Below are positions 47,587-63,200 of a DNA stretch of 64,000 nt, in pieces. The notes beneath the pieces are model-generated. The model was given only the letters and a program-made list of their open reading frames with translations, did no database searches and was not told where the DNA came from. Origin of the DNA: the human T2T-CHM13v2.0 reference genome, Homo sapiens. A program made the position numbers and the translations under genes. The DNA lies in assembly GCF_009914755.1 (NCBI RefSeq), contig NC_060927.1, one strand, 5' to 3'. The number at the start of each line of letters is the position of its first letter. Position 1 is the stretch's first letter.

Positions 47587-48790
47587 TTAGGATCAGCTAA
47601 CTCTTTTTAGCAATGTGACTTCAGACAAGTTAACCTGTCAGAGCTTCGGTTTACTTGTCTGCAAAAATAGAGAGAATAAAACTAACTGTCTCTCTAGTGG
47701 TTCTGAGGGTTAAAGAAATAATTTCACAAAGTACCTAGTCCAGTGTCTAGTATACCCTTAAGGATAAGTAAAAGTACATTTCCTTTTCTTTCTCCTCGCC
47801 ACCTCGGTTCTCTCTACCTTGGTATGTGTGAAAGAGCTCAAACAGGCAAATAAAATAAGAGAATTTTATTCCTCTTATTAAGCCTGTTTCCACAATATGA
47901 AAGGCACTTGGCCAAGGATATTCAAGACTTCTGAAGACCATAAATATTTTTTGTAAAATATTTTCACATATGAAGGACTATGAATTTCAAGGACCAGGCT
48001 AACTGAGCAGATCAAATGTTTTTTAAAGTTCTACAAGAGTCTTGAATAAAGGGTTCTTCAATGTTAGGGGAAACAATTGCAACAGACCTCCTTTATTTTG
48101 AGAATCAATAAAAGCAGTAACACTCACTTGAGAACAAGGATGTGAGCTTTTATGGACTTCCTTACAAGACTCTTACATTTCAGATTATCCAGTCTCTTAA
48201 TCAGCCCAGAAGTTCCATTTTTACCATTCTGTCTGGATGCTTTTAGGGACAGGAGTTTCCAGGTTTGTTTTTTGTTTTTGTTTTGTTTTTAAAAAACTAG
48301 GTTTTTAAAAAAGGTATTTTTAAACTTCAGCTACAATATATCTCCTGCTACTTCCAACTTTTGATTCTACCTCTATACCTCTTGGGTCACAAGGATAAAT
48401 TTGTTTCTTTTTTCGTGGGTTGCTGATGGAAGAAGGCCATTACTTTTCTAATATTAGGGCATTAAGTGTTTTTACAAGAATATCAAAACACAGGTCATTT
48501 CACTCTTTAAAAATTAACCATGAATCTTGGTTTATGGTGATTACAGCAACAAGTAGGCAATTATGTATATAGTATATAATTTACCTGTGGTTGAGTTTTG
48601 ACTCAACAGAGTTACAAGTTCCCAAACATCATTGGCAAGGGTGAAAGGTCTGAGTTTAGAATCAGTAGGCCTGTGTTAGAGCTTCGCCCAGGCTGAGTGA
48701 TCTGAAGCAAGTATCTGAGCCTAGGTTTCTCATATGTGGAAAATGGAGATTCAATGGAGCTGCAGAGATGGTGGTAAAGAAATTTTTTCT

Positions 48791-49128
48791 CTTTTTCTTT
48801 TTCTTTTCTTTTTTTTTTTCTTTTTTTTTTTCTTTTTTTTTTTTTGAGACAGTCTTGCTCTGTCACCCAGGCTGGAGTACAACGGCGCAATCTTGGTTCA
48901 CTGCAACCTCCACCTCCTGGATTCAAGTGATTCTCCTGCCTCATCTTCCTGAGTAGCTGGGATTACAGGCACCTGCCACCATGCCTGGCTAATTTTTTGT
49001 GTTTTTTTTAGTAGGGACAGAGTTTCATCATGTTGGCCAGGCTAGTCTTGAACTCCTGACCTCAGGCGATCCGTCCGCCTCGGCCTCCCACAGTGCTGGG
49101 ATTACAGGCGTGAGCACCATGCCCAGCC
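48791..49128 (-). mobile_element. AluSx-like with long CT-interrupted tail
   Basis: Full dimer; TSD AA(G/T)AAATTTTTTCT. Confidence 0.96.
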
Positions 49129-49477
49129 AATAAATTTTTTCTTACCACCATTCTTCCCATCATGAAATCTGGGAACTTGAATTCATGTGTGTGTGTAGTG
49201 GAGAGAATGGGCTCATTAACTGATTTTAGTTTATGTTTGTGAATGAATAGTTTGAGCCATGTATGTGTCATTTCCCACTGAATGATTTATTCAACTGGAA
49301 TCTTAATTGGATCTTCAATATTTAAAAATAGATAACATGGAAGGTTGTGTTGACAGCTCCAAGATCATTTCTAATTCTGTGATGCCAAGTTTGAAAAACC
49401 TCTGAATTTATGCCCTTGGGTGGCTCTAACAACTTTTTATTCCAAATCATATGAAGCATTGTACAGTTGACCCTTGA

Positions 49478-49831
<354 letters not shown>

Positions 49832-49866
<35 letters not shown>

Positions 49867-49980
49867 GAGATGAAAGTCCTGCTATGTTGCCCAGGCTGGT
49901 CTCGAACTCGTGGCCTCAAGTGATCCTCCACCTCAGCCTCCCGAGAGCTGGGATTAGAGGCATGAGCCACCATGCATGGC
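49832..49980 (-). mobile_element. FLAM_C-like Alu monomer with (TTA)n tail
   Basis: Single monomer GCTATGTTGCCCAGGCTGGTCTCGAACTC...GATCCTCC...GAGCCACC. Confidence 0.85.
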
Positions 49981-50368
49981 TCACATATAACTTTTGACAC
50001 TCCCAAAAATTAAGTACTAATAGCCTACTATTGACTAGAACCCTTACCAATAACACAATCAACACATATTTTACGTGTTACATATATTATACTATATTCT
50101 TACAAAAAGGTAAGCTAAAAAAACAAAATATTATTAAGAAAATCATAAGGAAGAGAAAATATATTTACTATGTATTAAGCGGAAGTGGATCTTAAGGTCT
50201 TTTTCCTTGTCGACTTCATTTTAGAGTAGACCAAGAAGGAGGAGAAGGAGAAGGGTCAGTCTTCCTGTCTCGGGGTGACAGAGGTAGCAGAGGTGAAAGA
50301 GGTGGAAGGGGAAGTAGTAGAGGCAGGCACACTTGGTACAATTTTTATTTTTAAAAATCCATGTATGA

Positions 50369-50666
<298 letters not shown>

Positions 50667-50807
50667 AAAAATCCATGTATGAGTTGACTCATGAAGTCCA
50701 AATCTGTTGTTCTAGAGTCAATTGTGGTTGAAAGTATTTGGTAAACTATAAACTGGACTTAATATGTAATGACTATTATGAATAATTTTACAAACTAGAT
50801 TCATTAC

Positions 50808-51564
<757 letters not shown>

Positions 51565-51803
51565 ATTACAAATTCTGAGTATGTAGTTACCTCATCTCGA
51601 CAAAAAGCCTGTATTTCTGCCATGACAACTCTGTCTCTTGGAACCACCCATTAAGTATTTTTTCTCTATGGTGAGCTTGTGCCTACACTCTCATAATGGC
51701 CACTTTTATTTCAGACCGCTTTGTAAAGGCCAGGAGGCTTGTTAACTGCCCAAATACCTTCACTAAATTAAAGGGAAGCTTTTTCTTTCCACAGCATGCA
51801 CTG

Positions 51804-52316
51804 TGTATTAGTCAGTCTTTGCTATGTAACAAACCAATCCCAAATTTGGGGGTCTAAAATAGTCATTTATAGTGCACAATTCTCTAGGTCAATAATTTGG
51901 ATTGGATTCAGCTGAGTAGTCATTCTGACAAACTCACCTTGGGACACCCGTGCAGGTATAGTCAATTGGCAGGCTAGCTTGAAGCCAATTGCTATTGACT
52001 GTCAACAATGCCATGTGTCTCCAGCATCTACCAGGCTAGCCTAGGCTTTTTCACATGGAAGTTGAGATGTATACACAGCAAGAGGAGTTAAGAGCAGTAG
52101 CTGCAAGGCTTCTTAAGCCCTCTGCTCAGAAGTTGCAAAACATCATTTCTGCCATAGTCTTCCATTGGTGAAAGCAAGTCACAAGGCTGGCCCAAATTCA
52201 AAGGGTAGGTGAGTAGACTCCACCTTTTTACGAGAGGAATAGCAAAGTTACATTGCAAAGGTGTGTGCATGAGAATCGGAGAGATTATTGTGGCCATAGT
52301 TGAAAATATGCTACTG
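51804..52316 (-). mobile_element. MLT1H-like LTR
   Basis: TGTATTAGTCAG..TTGCTATGTAACAAACC...CCAGGCTAGCCTAGGCT...AAAGCAAGTCACAAGGCTGGCCCAAATTCAA. Confidence 0.8.
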
Positions 52317-52412
52317 CCCTGACCAATGACAGTTTTGGCTTAAAGATATTACATTTGATTCTCTTATTCTTTGATATTTAAGGAAGATATAGCATTTGAA
52401 AAATATAGTTTG

Positions 52413-52730
<318 letters not shown>

Positions 52731-53311
52731 GTTTGGGAATCAAAATATCAAAATATATACAAGTTGTAGAGAAAGGGAAAATAAATCTGAGTTATTCATT
52801 GATCTTTGCTAGTGTAAAGCTTAATCTCCTGCCCACAGCTTACTCATATGTACCCTATGCACTGACTTGGCCTTACTCAACTGAGACTTCTTTTAGGATT
52901 CCAGTCTCTCATGTGTCACTGGGAAATGACCCATGAAAGTTCTTTCGCTAGGGGATTCTTAAGTCAGGCCATTACACGGTCAGGCCAGTGAAGTCATCAG
53001 AGATGCATGGGTCTTGCTGCTTCCTGGCAATTACACGCTGCCTGAATGAAGTTTGCCGTAGAGAGAAAGTGGCCAGTTTTTATAAAAACGTAAAAAAATG
53101 AGACAGTGCATATACTAATATGGATGCTTTGTAAAGACCGTAGATAGCTCTGATTTCTTAACCTAAATCAATTTGTTTCCTTAAATCCTCTGAGCAGTTT
53201 GTAACACAAGTATATTATCCATGTAGTTGTGCTTCACAGCAGTAGAAGTATGTGTGTATCATTTTCTATACTCAACCAAGCAGCTTCTGGATGCAGCTCT
53301 CCACAGGGGAC

Positions 53312-53541
53312 AATAACAGCTGACATACAGCACACACTTAGTGCCAGGCACTCCTAGCGCTTATACATGTTGACTCATTTAAGCCCACGATAAGCCTATG
53401 AGGCAGGCACTATTATCCCATGTACACATTTGAAGTTCTCAGTGGTTAAGTGACTCGCCGAAAGCCTAAATTGTAAGTGGCAGAGCTGGGACATGAACCC
53501 AGGCCGTCAGTTATGTCAGTGCCTGGGTTCTTAACCACTAG
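53312..53541 (-). mobile_element. Near full-length MIR
   Basis: GTGCCAGGCAC...CTCATTTAAGCCCAC...GGTTAAGTGACTCGCC...GTAAGTGGCAGAGCTGGGACATGAACCCAGG...CTTAACCACTA. Confidence 0.85.
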
Positions 53542-53719
53542 ATTCCACAATCTCTCGAGGGACATGGGACTTATGTATGTGGTGCCTTCCCTGTCTGTGG
53601 AGCACAGATGTTCCTGGCTTCACATATGAACAGTGAGGCTTTTTATAATGACAAATAATCCTTGGAGTCTGATTCAGTCGGTCTAGGACAGACATTCATA
53701 GACTAATGAAGGACACAGA

Positions 53720-54155
53720 ACATGGAATCAGCCTAAATGCTTATCAATGGCAGACTGGATAAAGAAAATGTGGTGTATATGTACCATGGAATACTATGCA
53801 GCCATAAAAAAGAAGGAGATCATGTCCTTTGCAGAAACATGCATGGAGTTGGAGGCCATTATCTTTAGAAAACTAAGACAGAAACAGAAAGTCACATACC
53901 ACATGTTCTCACTTATAAGTAGGGGCTAAATAATAAAAACACATGAACACATAGAGGGAAACAGCAGACACTGAGGCCTACTGGAGAGTGGAGGGTGGGA
54001 GGAGGGAGAGGATCAGGAAAAATAATGGGTACTAGGCTTAGTACCTGGGTGATGAAATAATCTGTCCAACAAACTCCTATTACATGAATTGACCTAAATA
54101 ACAAACCTACACATGTACCCCTGAACTTAAAGTAAAAGTTAGAAAAAAAAAAAAA
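53720..54155 (+). mobile_element. L1PA13-16-type 3' end (ORF2 C-terminus plus 3' UTR)
   Basis: ORF 53747..53929 DWIKKMWCICTMEYYAAIKK; GGAGGGAGAGGATCAGGAAAAATAA; poly-A. Confidence 0.92.
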
Positions 54156-54182
54156 CAGAAGAAAAAAAGTGTAATAAAAAAA

Positions 54183-54323
54183 TTGTTTTTTTTTTTTTTT
54201 TGAGATGGAGTTTCACTTTCGTTGCCTAGGCTGGAGAGTAATGGCGCCATCTCGGCTCACTGCAACCTCCGCCTCAGCCTCCCAAAGTGCTGGAATTACA
54301 GGCATGACCCACCATGCCCAGCT
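54183..54323 (-). mobile_element. Alu with large internal deletion (monomer-sized)
   Basis: Right-arm GCAACCTCCGCCTC joins directly to left-arm AGCCTCCCAAAGTGCTGG. Confidence 0.92.
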
Positions 54324-55831
54324 AAAAATTTTAAAAACATAAAAATGAAAAAATCTAATAAACGAGTTATAGGAAAAGTGCTATAGGCATTCAGAGGATA
54401 AAAGATATTTCTGTCTGGAGAGGTGGGGATCTACAAAGGCTTCATAGAGAAAGAAAAACCTGACTTGTACTTGGGCCGTTGAGACAACATATAAATATAC
54501 AGAGTGATCACCTGTGGTTGAATGAACAACATAGAATGGCCTCTACCCATATCTGTGTAGCAGGATTCACTACTGGACTCTGCACTGTGTTGACCACAGC
54601 AAAGCTGTAAAGAGCAAGCCTCTGTTGATGCTTCCTAACTATAACACATTGGAAACTCAACAATCATTGATATGAATTCCACAGGTATGTGGAAATTATT
54701 CATAAACAGTAAAATTGAAAACAAATGCTAGTGGTTTGTATTATGGCTCATTATATGTTCTATAACATCCACAGTTTACAAGGTATAACTATGTACCTAA
54801 TAGATTATCAATAAAATTTCCCCTGAATGTATTAAAAGTTGGTCATTTAATTGGAGCTGGGGATATACACTGAGAATAAAGTGGCACTTGCCTAGCTTAG
54901 AACTAGCGTGCAAGAAAATTTAATTGTTGACTGTTTGTTGTGACAATGGGCTCCTTCAGAAACTGGGATTGCTGAGTCTTATGGGCCCATGCACTGGTGG
55001 CTAGGAGAAAGGTTAACTGGGGCCAGCTGTGGCTGCAGAATGCATGCGTTCACTTTAGAAGGCAAACGGCTCAGAGAGAACGCTCTTGGCTTCAAGTTGT
55101 TCTAGAAAGAAAAACTTATACTCTAAGAGATTGGATGATGTAAGAACCAAGAAAGAATCAGAATTAGCACTCGGTAAATCAGCATTATTAATTGTTATGG
55201 TACTTTGACATTATAATATCTGAAACACAACAACTGAAATCCCTGAAAGCCAAATTTGGTTTTATCATCATTTAAGAATTATAGAAGGCTAGATTTGGAA
55301 AGGGCCTTAGAGAGCTCTTAATCTAAACTCATTTTTTTCTAATATTACAGCAAACAGTTCCTCTGGATCTGAGGAGGCAAGCTGCCCAATGTAGGATAGT
55401 AAGTTGGTTTAAATAGAGATACAACATGTTCTTTTGGTATTTTATGTTTTTAAAAAACCACTTAAGTATTTTCTACTGATATTGAAACTTGCTTGCTATA
55501 TTAACCAAATGCAAAGGAATGCTACACAGCTGGTAAAAGAAGAGAGAAGAAATAGCATGATGTTTCCATTCTCTTGCTCTTTTGGACCTGCCTCAAACCT
55601 TAGGACAAATTATTAGTTATTCACTTAGCAATTGCCTGTTGATGCTTACTATAACCAAGGTGATTTCAAAACACTAAATGGCCTTGAAGAACTCACAATA
55701 CAGCAAACACATTACAGCATTACTGCCACTACTTTATGATTACTACTACTACTGCTAATATGAGATATGAAGTATTAGATACCTGAAGAGATATATAGGA
55801 AACTGGAGGAGGGTTACAATAACAATGGTTC

Positions 55832-56144
<313 letters not shown>

Positions 56145-56870
56145 CTATCAGGGGAGCCTTCAGGGAGAAGGTGTTGCCTGAACTAGTTTTGAAGGACAGT
56201 AGGATTTGTATCACAGACATTTTAGGTAGGCCAGGAGTGGTGGATTTCCTAGCAATCAAAGATGTGGAGGTGGAAAAGCGTGAGGTAGGTCTGCCAGAAC
56301 ACAGAGGGCAGGAAGGGGAACAGGGAGAGAGAATGCTGGAAAGGATGACTTAGGGATTATATGCCATAGAGGTATTTATGATTTGTTTTCTTGCTTATGT
56401 ATTCTCTTCATGATAGAAAACATTTTTAAAATATAAGTTTATCTTTATAATCCATAATAGGTGACTCATTCAATAAAACTTGAAAAAAATAGAGATTTCA
56501 AAACATAATACTTTTTATTACTTAATAACTTGCTCTACTTCTTTCCAGTATTTTTTTCACAGACGTGGATATCTAGATTAAAAAAAAAAAAACTGTTCTA
56601 ATCATACTTGAGTTTCTCAAACCCATGTTAAATTTTCCATGAGAGATAGGTCCTTTAAGAGAAATTTATGTCCAATTACAGGATTAGTCTCCTAAGAGAT
56701 AAAAAGGGTCAGTGAAAGAGATAAAAAGGAAGCTTTTTGCCAGAAGCTAGTGTGGGAGGGCACTAATCTCTTCCTGTTCTTGCAGAGACAGATTTGTTCA
56801 ATCATGGGTGATCTTAATCGGTGAGCATGTTCCTTCAGTACTTCCTGATGAGGTGGTGGCTCTCTATTGA

Positions 56871-57249
<379 letters not shown>

Positions 57250-57308
57250 CCCCATTCTTAAGTTCTTAATTTTGGTTCCATTCTTGGTCCATAGAATATG
57301 TCTTAACC

Positions 57309-57809
<501 letters not shown>

Positions 57810-57849
57810 GCCTTAGGGTACTTTATTTTTCAAACCTAATCTGTCTTTT

Positions 57850-58730
57850 TGTTGCTTTCACACAAGCAAAACAAATTAACTTGTTCACAGCCTTTCTTCT
57901 GCAAATCTATATAGATATCCCTTTAATTACTTTTGGCAATTTATCATTGCCAAAAAAGCTAAAACCACAGGAATTTTTATTCCTTTCTAGGTAAACGGTT
58001 TCTACCATCTGGATGCTTGGATGCTTAAAGGACTTGTTGCTGTTTTTCTTTACTCCTGATGGGTATATGTATGAATAGCTTTTCTTTGATTGTGTTTTGA
58101 ATACAGTGGACCTTTGCACTTGCGTACTTATGTAAAACTGCCGCTCAGGAGAGTCTCTTTAATTATGCCCTCAACCATTGTTTCCAAACAATTATCCTGC
58201 TTTCTTCCTAAGGGGCTTCAATCATTCTCAGGTTGGATCTCTGACCCCTGTCTTACATAGATCATTCTCTCTTTCTATTTAATCTCTTTGTGCTATCCTC
58301 TGTAAGCTAGAAGACATTCTCAAGTTTACCCTCTATATTGCAGACTAAATTTTCTCAGGTCATTTCTGCTTTTGGTTCTTTTCCCCAAAGTGAAAGTTAA
58401 TTCTACTATTGCACTTTTATTTTCCTAAAGTACTTTTTTTCATTTTATTCATTTCCCATTTTAGTCTGAAATGTTGCCTGCTGTCTTTTCATGTCAAGCT
58501 TTCTTTTTATAATTCATGTTTTTGTTTCAAAAGGCAATGCCTTTAAGCTTTTAGAGAAAGAATGCCAAAACATTCTTTATTATTTTTCTTCTGGTTCCTC
58601 CAACAAATCTTTTCTAGAAGGTTGTTCTCCCTTTGTAGCTCCAGGATGATGTTCTCTTTTCCCTTGTTCTGTAAGTGTAATGGACATTTGTCATTATTTG
58701 CTCATCTCAGCATCTGTATCCCCTCCGCAC
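57850..58730 (-). mobile_element. Very old LINE (HAL1/L1ME-like) relic
   Basis: T-rich degenerate antisense LINE-like text (GTTGGATCTCTG..., CTATTGCACTTTTATTTTCC). Confidence 0.4.
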
Positions 58731-58739
58731 ACACCTTTC

Positions 58740-59354
58740 TATGTTTGGAGAATATTCCATTTTATGAAGCAAAGCTTGCCTTCCATATAGAAACTGAAAA
58801 TACGAAAAACTCACTTTGTTTTTTTTTTTTTGTTTTCTGTTTTTTTTGAGACGGAATCTCGCTCTTTCACCCAGGCCGGACTGCAGTGGCACGATCTCGG
58901 CTCACTGCAAGCTCCACCTCCTGGGTTCACGCCATTCTCCTGCCTCAGCCCCCTGGAAAAACTCACTTTCTAAGTCTTCCTTGCAATTAGGATGCACAGA
59001 GTAGGCACTGCGAGCCAGATGTGTATGTTCCAGCCAATGACTAACACAAGTGGTTCAAGGAAACAGAGCAGAACTGGCCACATGCAGTTTCCAGACGCAA
59101 CATGACAGCTGTTTTACAGGCAGCACCCTGTGTTAGGGATGCTTGTGGTGCAAGTAATGTCCATAACCAGTAGTTGCTTTAAGAGTGTCACCACTGGACT
59201 AAATAGTTTCATTTCTGGTATAGAGATTCTGAACCTGTTCTTTCATGTCAAAGTAGACTCTAGAAACTACTCAATATCTTTTTAGTAAATTATTTCCCAC
59301 TTACGTTGTCAGAGTCCAATTCACTACTTAAAACTGAGAATCCTGCCTGACACA
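58740..59354 (+). mobile_element. LTR33-like ERVL LTR split by a truncated Alu
   Basis: AAAACTCACTTTCTAAGTCTTCCTTGCAATTAGG...AATATCTTTTTAGTAAATT...CAGAGT...GAGAATCCTGCCTGACACA. Confidence 0.55.
58818..58955 (-). mobile_element. 5'-truncated AluY-lineage copy (part of right arm only)
   Basis: GCAAGCTCC and TTCACGCCATTCTCC; perfect TSD GAAAAACTCACTTT at 58804-58817 and 58956-58969. Confidence 0.94.
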
Positions 59355-59989
59355 GTCAATGCATTTTAAATAGACCCCACCGTGGTCTTATTTTCTGCTT
59401 ACTTTTCTTCAAGTGAGCTATAATCTGCTACTTTGATACAGTAGACCCTTGATTCCACTCTATCTACTTAGACCCTTGCCAAATCCATCCCCAGAGGAGA
59501 GCTGGATGTCATACTCTGTTTTTGGCTCAATTCTTGGTGTCCTCAGGCTTTTTTCCTGTGCGTGTCTGTTGGTTGGGGCCGAGATTTTCTAGCTCTGAAA
59601 AAGTAGAAATAAATGTCTAATGGTGAACGGGATAGCTAACCAGTACTCTGCTGGATACAGAGCTTGCCCAAAGGCCCAGAGTTTCTTCACTTACAAAATT
59701 AGAAGCCACATACATGTGCATACATGAAGGTTGACCCCAAGGTGATAAGGCAGGCTAGGAGAGACCAGAGGCAAGAACTGAGCTCACACAAGGCCAGTCC
59801 CACTGTTTAGAACAACCATCCTGAGCACAGCTCTGGGCAGCCCATTGCTTGCTCAAGAATCCTCCGAGGACTTAAGTCCATATCCAGGATAGATTGCCTG
59901 CTGCTCTGCCATACCCCAGTGCTTTCTCTGTTCCTTTCTTTGAATAATCTCCTCCCTTCTTTGATCCAAATTTTGCCAGTTCTGTTGCC

Positions 59990-60480
59990 TCCTTCCTCAT
60001 AAGCTCATCTTTTCTTATTCTCCCCATGCTATGCTCAAACCATAATGAACTATTTTTAATTCTCTTAGTTTACAACAATCTTGAAATATAATTCTGTCTT
60101 TGCATGTGCTGTATACTTTGGCTAGAGCACTCCTCATTACCCTACATTTCTTCACCTAGCTAACACTTAATCTTCTTTCAGGTCTCATTTTACCTGTTGT
60201 TTCTTTCTGCAAATCTTCTCTGCCCTCCTGCTCCTCAAGACCTATGTGCACTTCCAATGGGCTCCCATAACACTCCGACTCATCCTTACCTTAACATAGA
60301 TCACTCTACAGTAACTGAATATATACATACTTGTTTATATTTGTTTTTACTTGTTTATAACCTGAACTAGTGTGTTACACCTTCTTGGCCATAACGTATT
60401 ATATGTTGTTCGTGGTATTCAGTTATCTACCTGTTTTATAGTAGGTACTTAAAAATAATTGTGAAAGAATAAAAGAACAA
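59990..60480 (+). mobile_element. L2 3' fragment
   Basis: TCTTTGCATGTGCTGT...TCACCTAGCTAAC...TCAGGTCTCA...ATAGTAGGTACTTAAAAATA. Confidence 0.65.
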
Positions 60481-60686
60481 AAAGAATTCTACTCCTCTCT
60501 GCACACCCATCACATTTTAAAATACAGTAAGTATACACTTTATGTAAAGTATGTATATACAGCTTATTAGCCTTTTTTTTTCGTAGAGTAGGATCCATGA
60601 CTGCTTCAAGTCAAGTAAGTATCATGTTCAGGAGCTTCTGCATTAATAGGTACTCAAGAAAGTTTATTTGAAGAAGTTCTATGCTG

Positions 60687-61159
<473 letters not shown>

Positions 61160-62034
61160 TTTAGATAGCAACACACCATTGCCAGATCATTAATAGTTGC
61201 TTTTTTGATTGTAAGACGGAAGGTGCTGGGCCAGGGGGAGTTTCTTGCATTACATTCACTAAAAGGTCAAACCGAGCATGAAAGATGATCATCTCATAGT
61301 CAAATATGAAGCAGTGAGTTAGTGACAGGCATAGATAAACTGCCCAGGATTCTTAATTCTCTTATTCTTCATCCCAATGAATGCTATTTGTCTTTTGATT
61401 AAGTGGGATGCATGCAATGGGAGACACTGAAATTTAGATTTTTTTTGAACTGTAATAATTAGTCATTATAACATAGAAACAAAATCAAATCTGTTTCCTC
61501 TTCTTACATCTGCCACAGCAATCAGACATAATCCTTTAATGTAATCAGAGGTAGGAATAAAATGTCAATGCCTTGTGCTTTAAAGAATTTAATTGGAGAT
61601 TCAGCCATCGTCCCAAAGCAGCAACCACTTTTCTTCCTTAAAGAAAAGCTCTCAGAGCATTTAGACATTAGTTCAGTAATCCTCAATTTCAGAGCTTGGT
61701 GCTGGAAAGTTATCTATATTCTACTTGGGGAAATTAAGGCTCAATATATATTGAATTTAGGTCAGTTTGTGGTTTAGTAGATCATTCTTAATAGGTTGAC
61801 AAATTAAGGGTCAAATAGACCACAAAAGAACACTGGGGGTTCACTTTGAAAGCAGCGGGTGAAAACATTGAGTGGGGATAGGAAAAGCAGTGTCAGGAAT
61901 CATGAACTTCAACCAGAAATTCCATACATTGCATGGTGTTTACAGTTTGTAATGTACTTTTACATTCATTGTTTTATCTGGTCCATGCCATAAAGATACA
62001 GAAGGTGGGACAGGAATGAGGATCTTCATCCTGT

Positions 62035-62035
62035 A

Positions 62036-62120
<85 letters not shown>

Positions 62121-62179
62121 GAGAAAGAAAGAGAGAAAGAAAGAGAGAAAGAAAGAGAGAAAGAAAGAGAGAAAGAAAG

Positions 62180-62230
<51 letters not shown>

Positions 62231-62336
62231 AAAAGAAAGGAAGGAAGGAAGGAAGGAAGGAAAGAGAGAGGGAAAGAAAGGAAGGAAAAGAAAGGAACGA
62301 ACGAAAGAAAGAAAGAAAGAAAGAAAGAAAGAGAAA
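62035..62336. repeat. Complex (GAAA)n/(GGAA)n microsatellite embedded in an antisense MIR (~61925-62450)
   Basis: (GAAA)20 (GAGAGAAAGAAA)5 GA (GAAA)13 ... (GGAA)n ... read directly; MIR motifs on both flanks. Confidence 0.98.
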
Positions 62337-62902
62337 TAAAAATGAATAAGGCTCAGGGAGAGGAAATTACTTATTCGGGATCATATATTTATCACAGAGC
62401 TGGGACTAGAGCCCAGGTCTCTTGCTTCCCAATCTGAGCATCCTCCCTTGGCTCAGTGATGTGGTTGAGGGCTTCATCTCAACCACATCTCCATGGGAAA
62501 CCTAAAGAAATGTGACCAGTCCTACTTGGAACTTATAAATGCCACCCAAACCATTCAAGCTTCTTGTATTTCTGCTCAGGAAATCTTAAAGGGCTTCACT
62601 TCTTTCCTGCCTATTATGCCATGTGTCACAGGGAAAGAGAAAGTTTATAATAAACTCGTGTGCTGAAAGGAAACTAGATCTTTTAGCCAGAGCCTTTTCA
62701 GTGCCTCAGCTTACAAGTGGTAGCCACCTGGGTGATCTGGAGCTAGAGCGAATCGGATTGAGAGGTGAGATATTAAGGTAGTATGGTGTTCTGTGAGTTA
62801 GCCTGATAAATGAGGGAATACCAAGTGCCTTAGTGGGACTTTGTAAGGTTCAAATGGAAGGTGAAAATACTGGAAGCTTTTTGGTTTAAAAAATCATGTA
62901 CA

Positions 62903-63200
62903 CCTGGCGCGGTGGCTCACGCCTGTAATCCCAGCACTTTGGGAGGCTGAGGCAGGCAGATCACCTGAGGTCAGGAGTTCAAGACCAGCCTGGCCAACAC
63001 ATAGTGAAACCCCACCTCTGCTAAAAAAAAATACAAAAATTAGCTGGGCGTGGTGGTGCACATCTGTAATCCCAGCTACTTGGGAAGCTGAGGAAGGAGA
63101 ATCACTTGAACCCAGGAGGTGGAGGTTGCAGTGAGCAACCGGGAGGTGGAGTTTGAGATTGCACCACTGCACTCCAGCCTGTGCGACAGAGAAAAAAAAA
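62903..63200 (+). mobile_element. AluSx-like with internal duplication and shortened 3' end
   Basis: TSD AAAAAATCATGT. Confidence 0.95.

Noticed and set aside
62035-62336. Identity with a named forensic AAAG STR such as SE33/ACTBP2
   Set aside because: No actin pseudogene or recognisable marker flank here; cannot be assigned without a search
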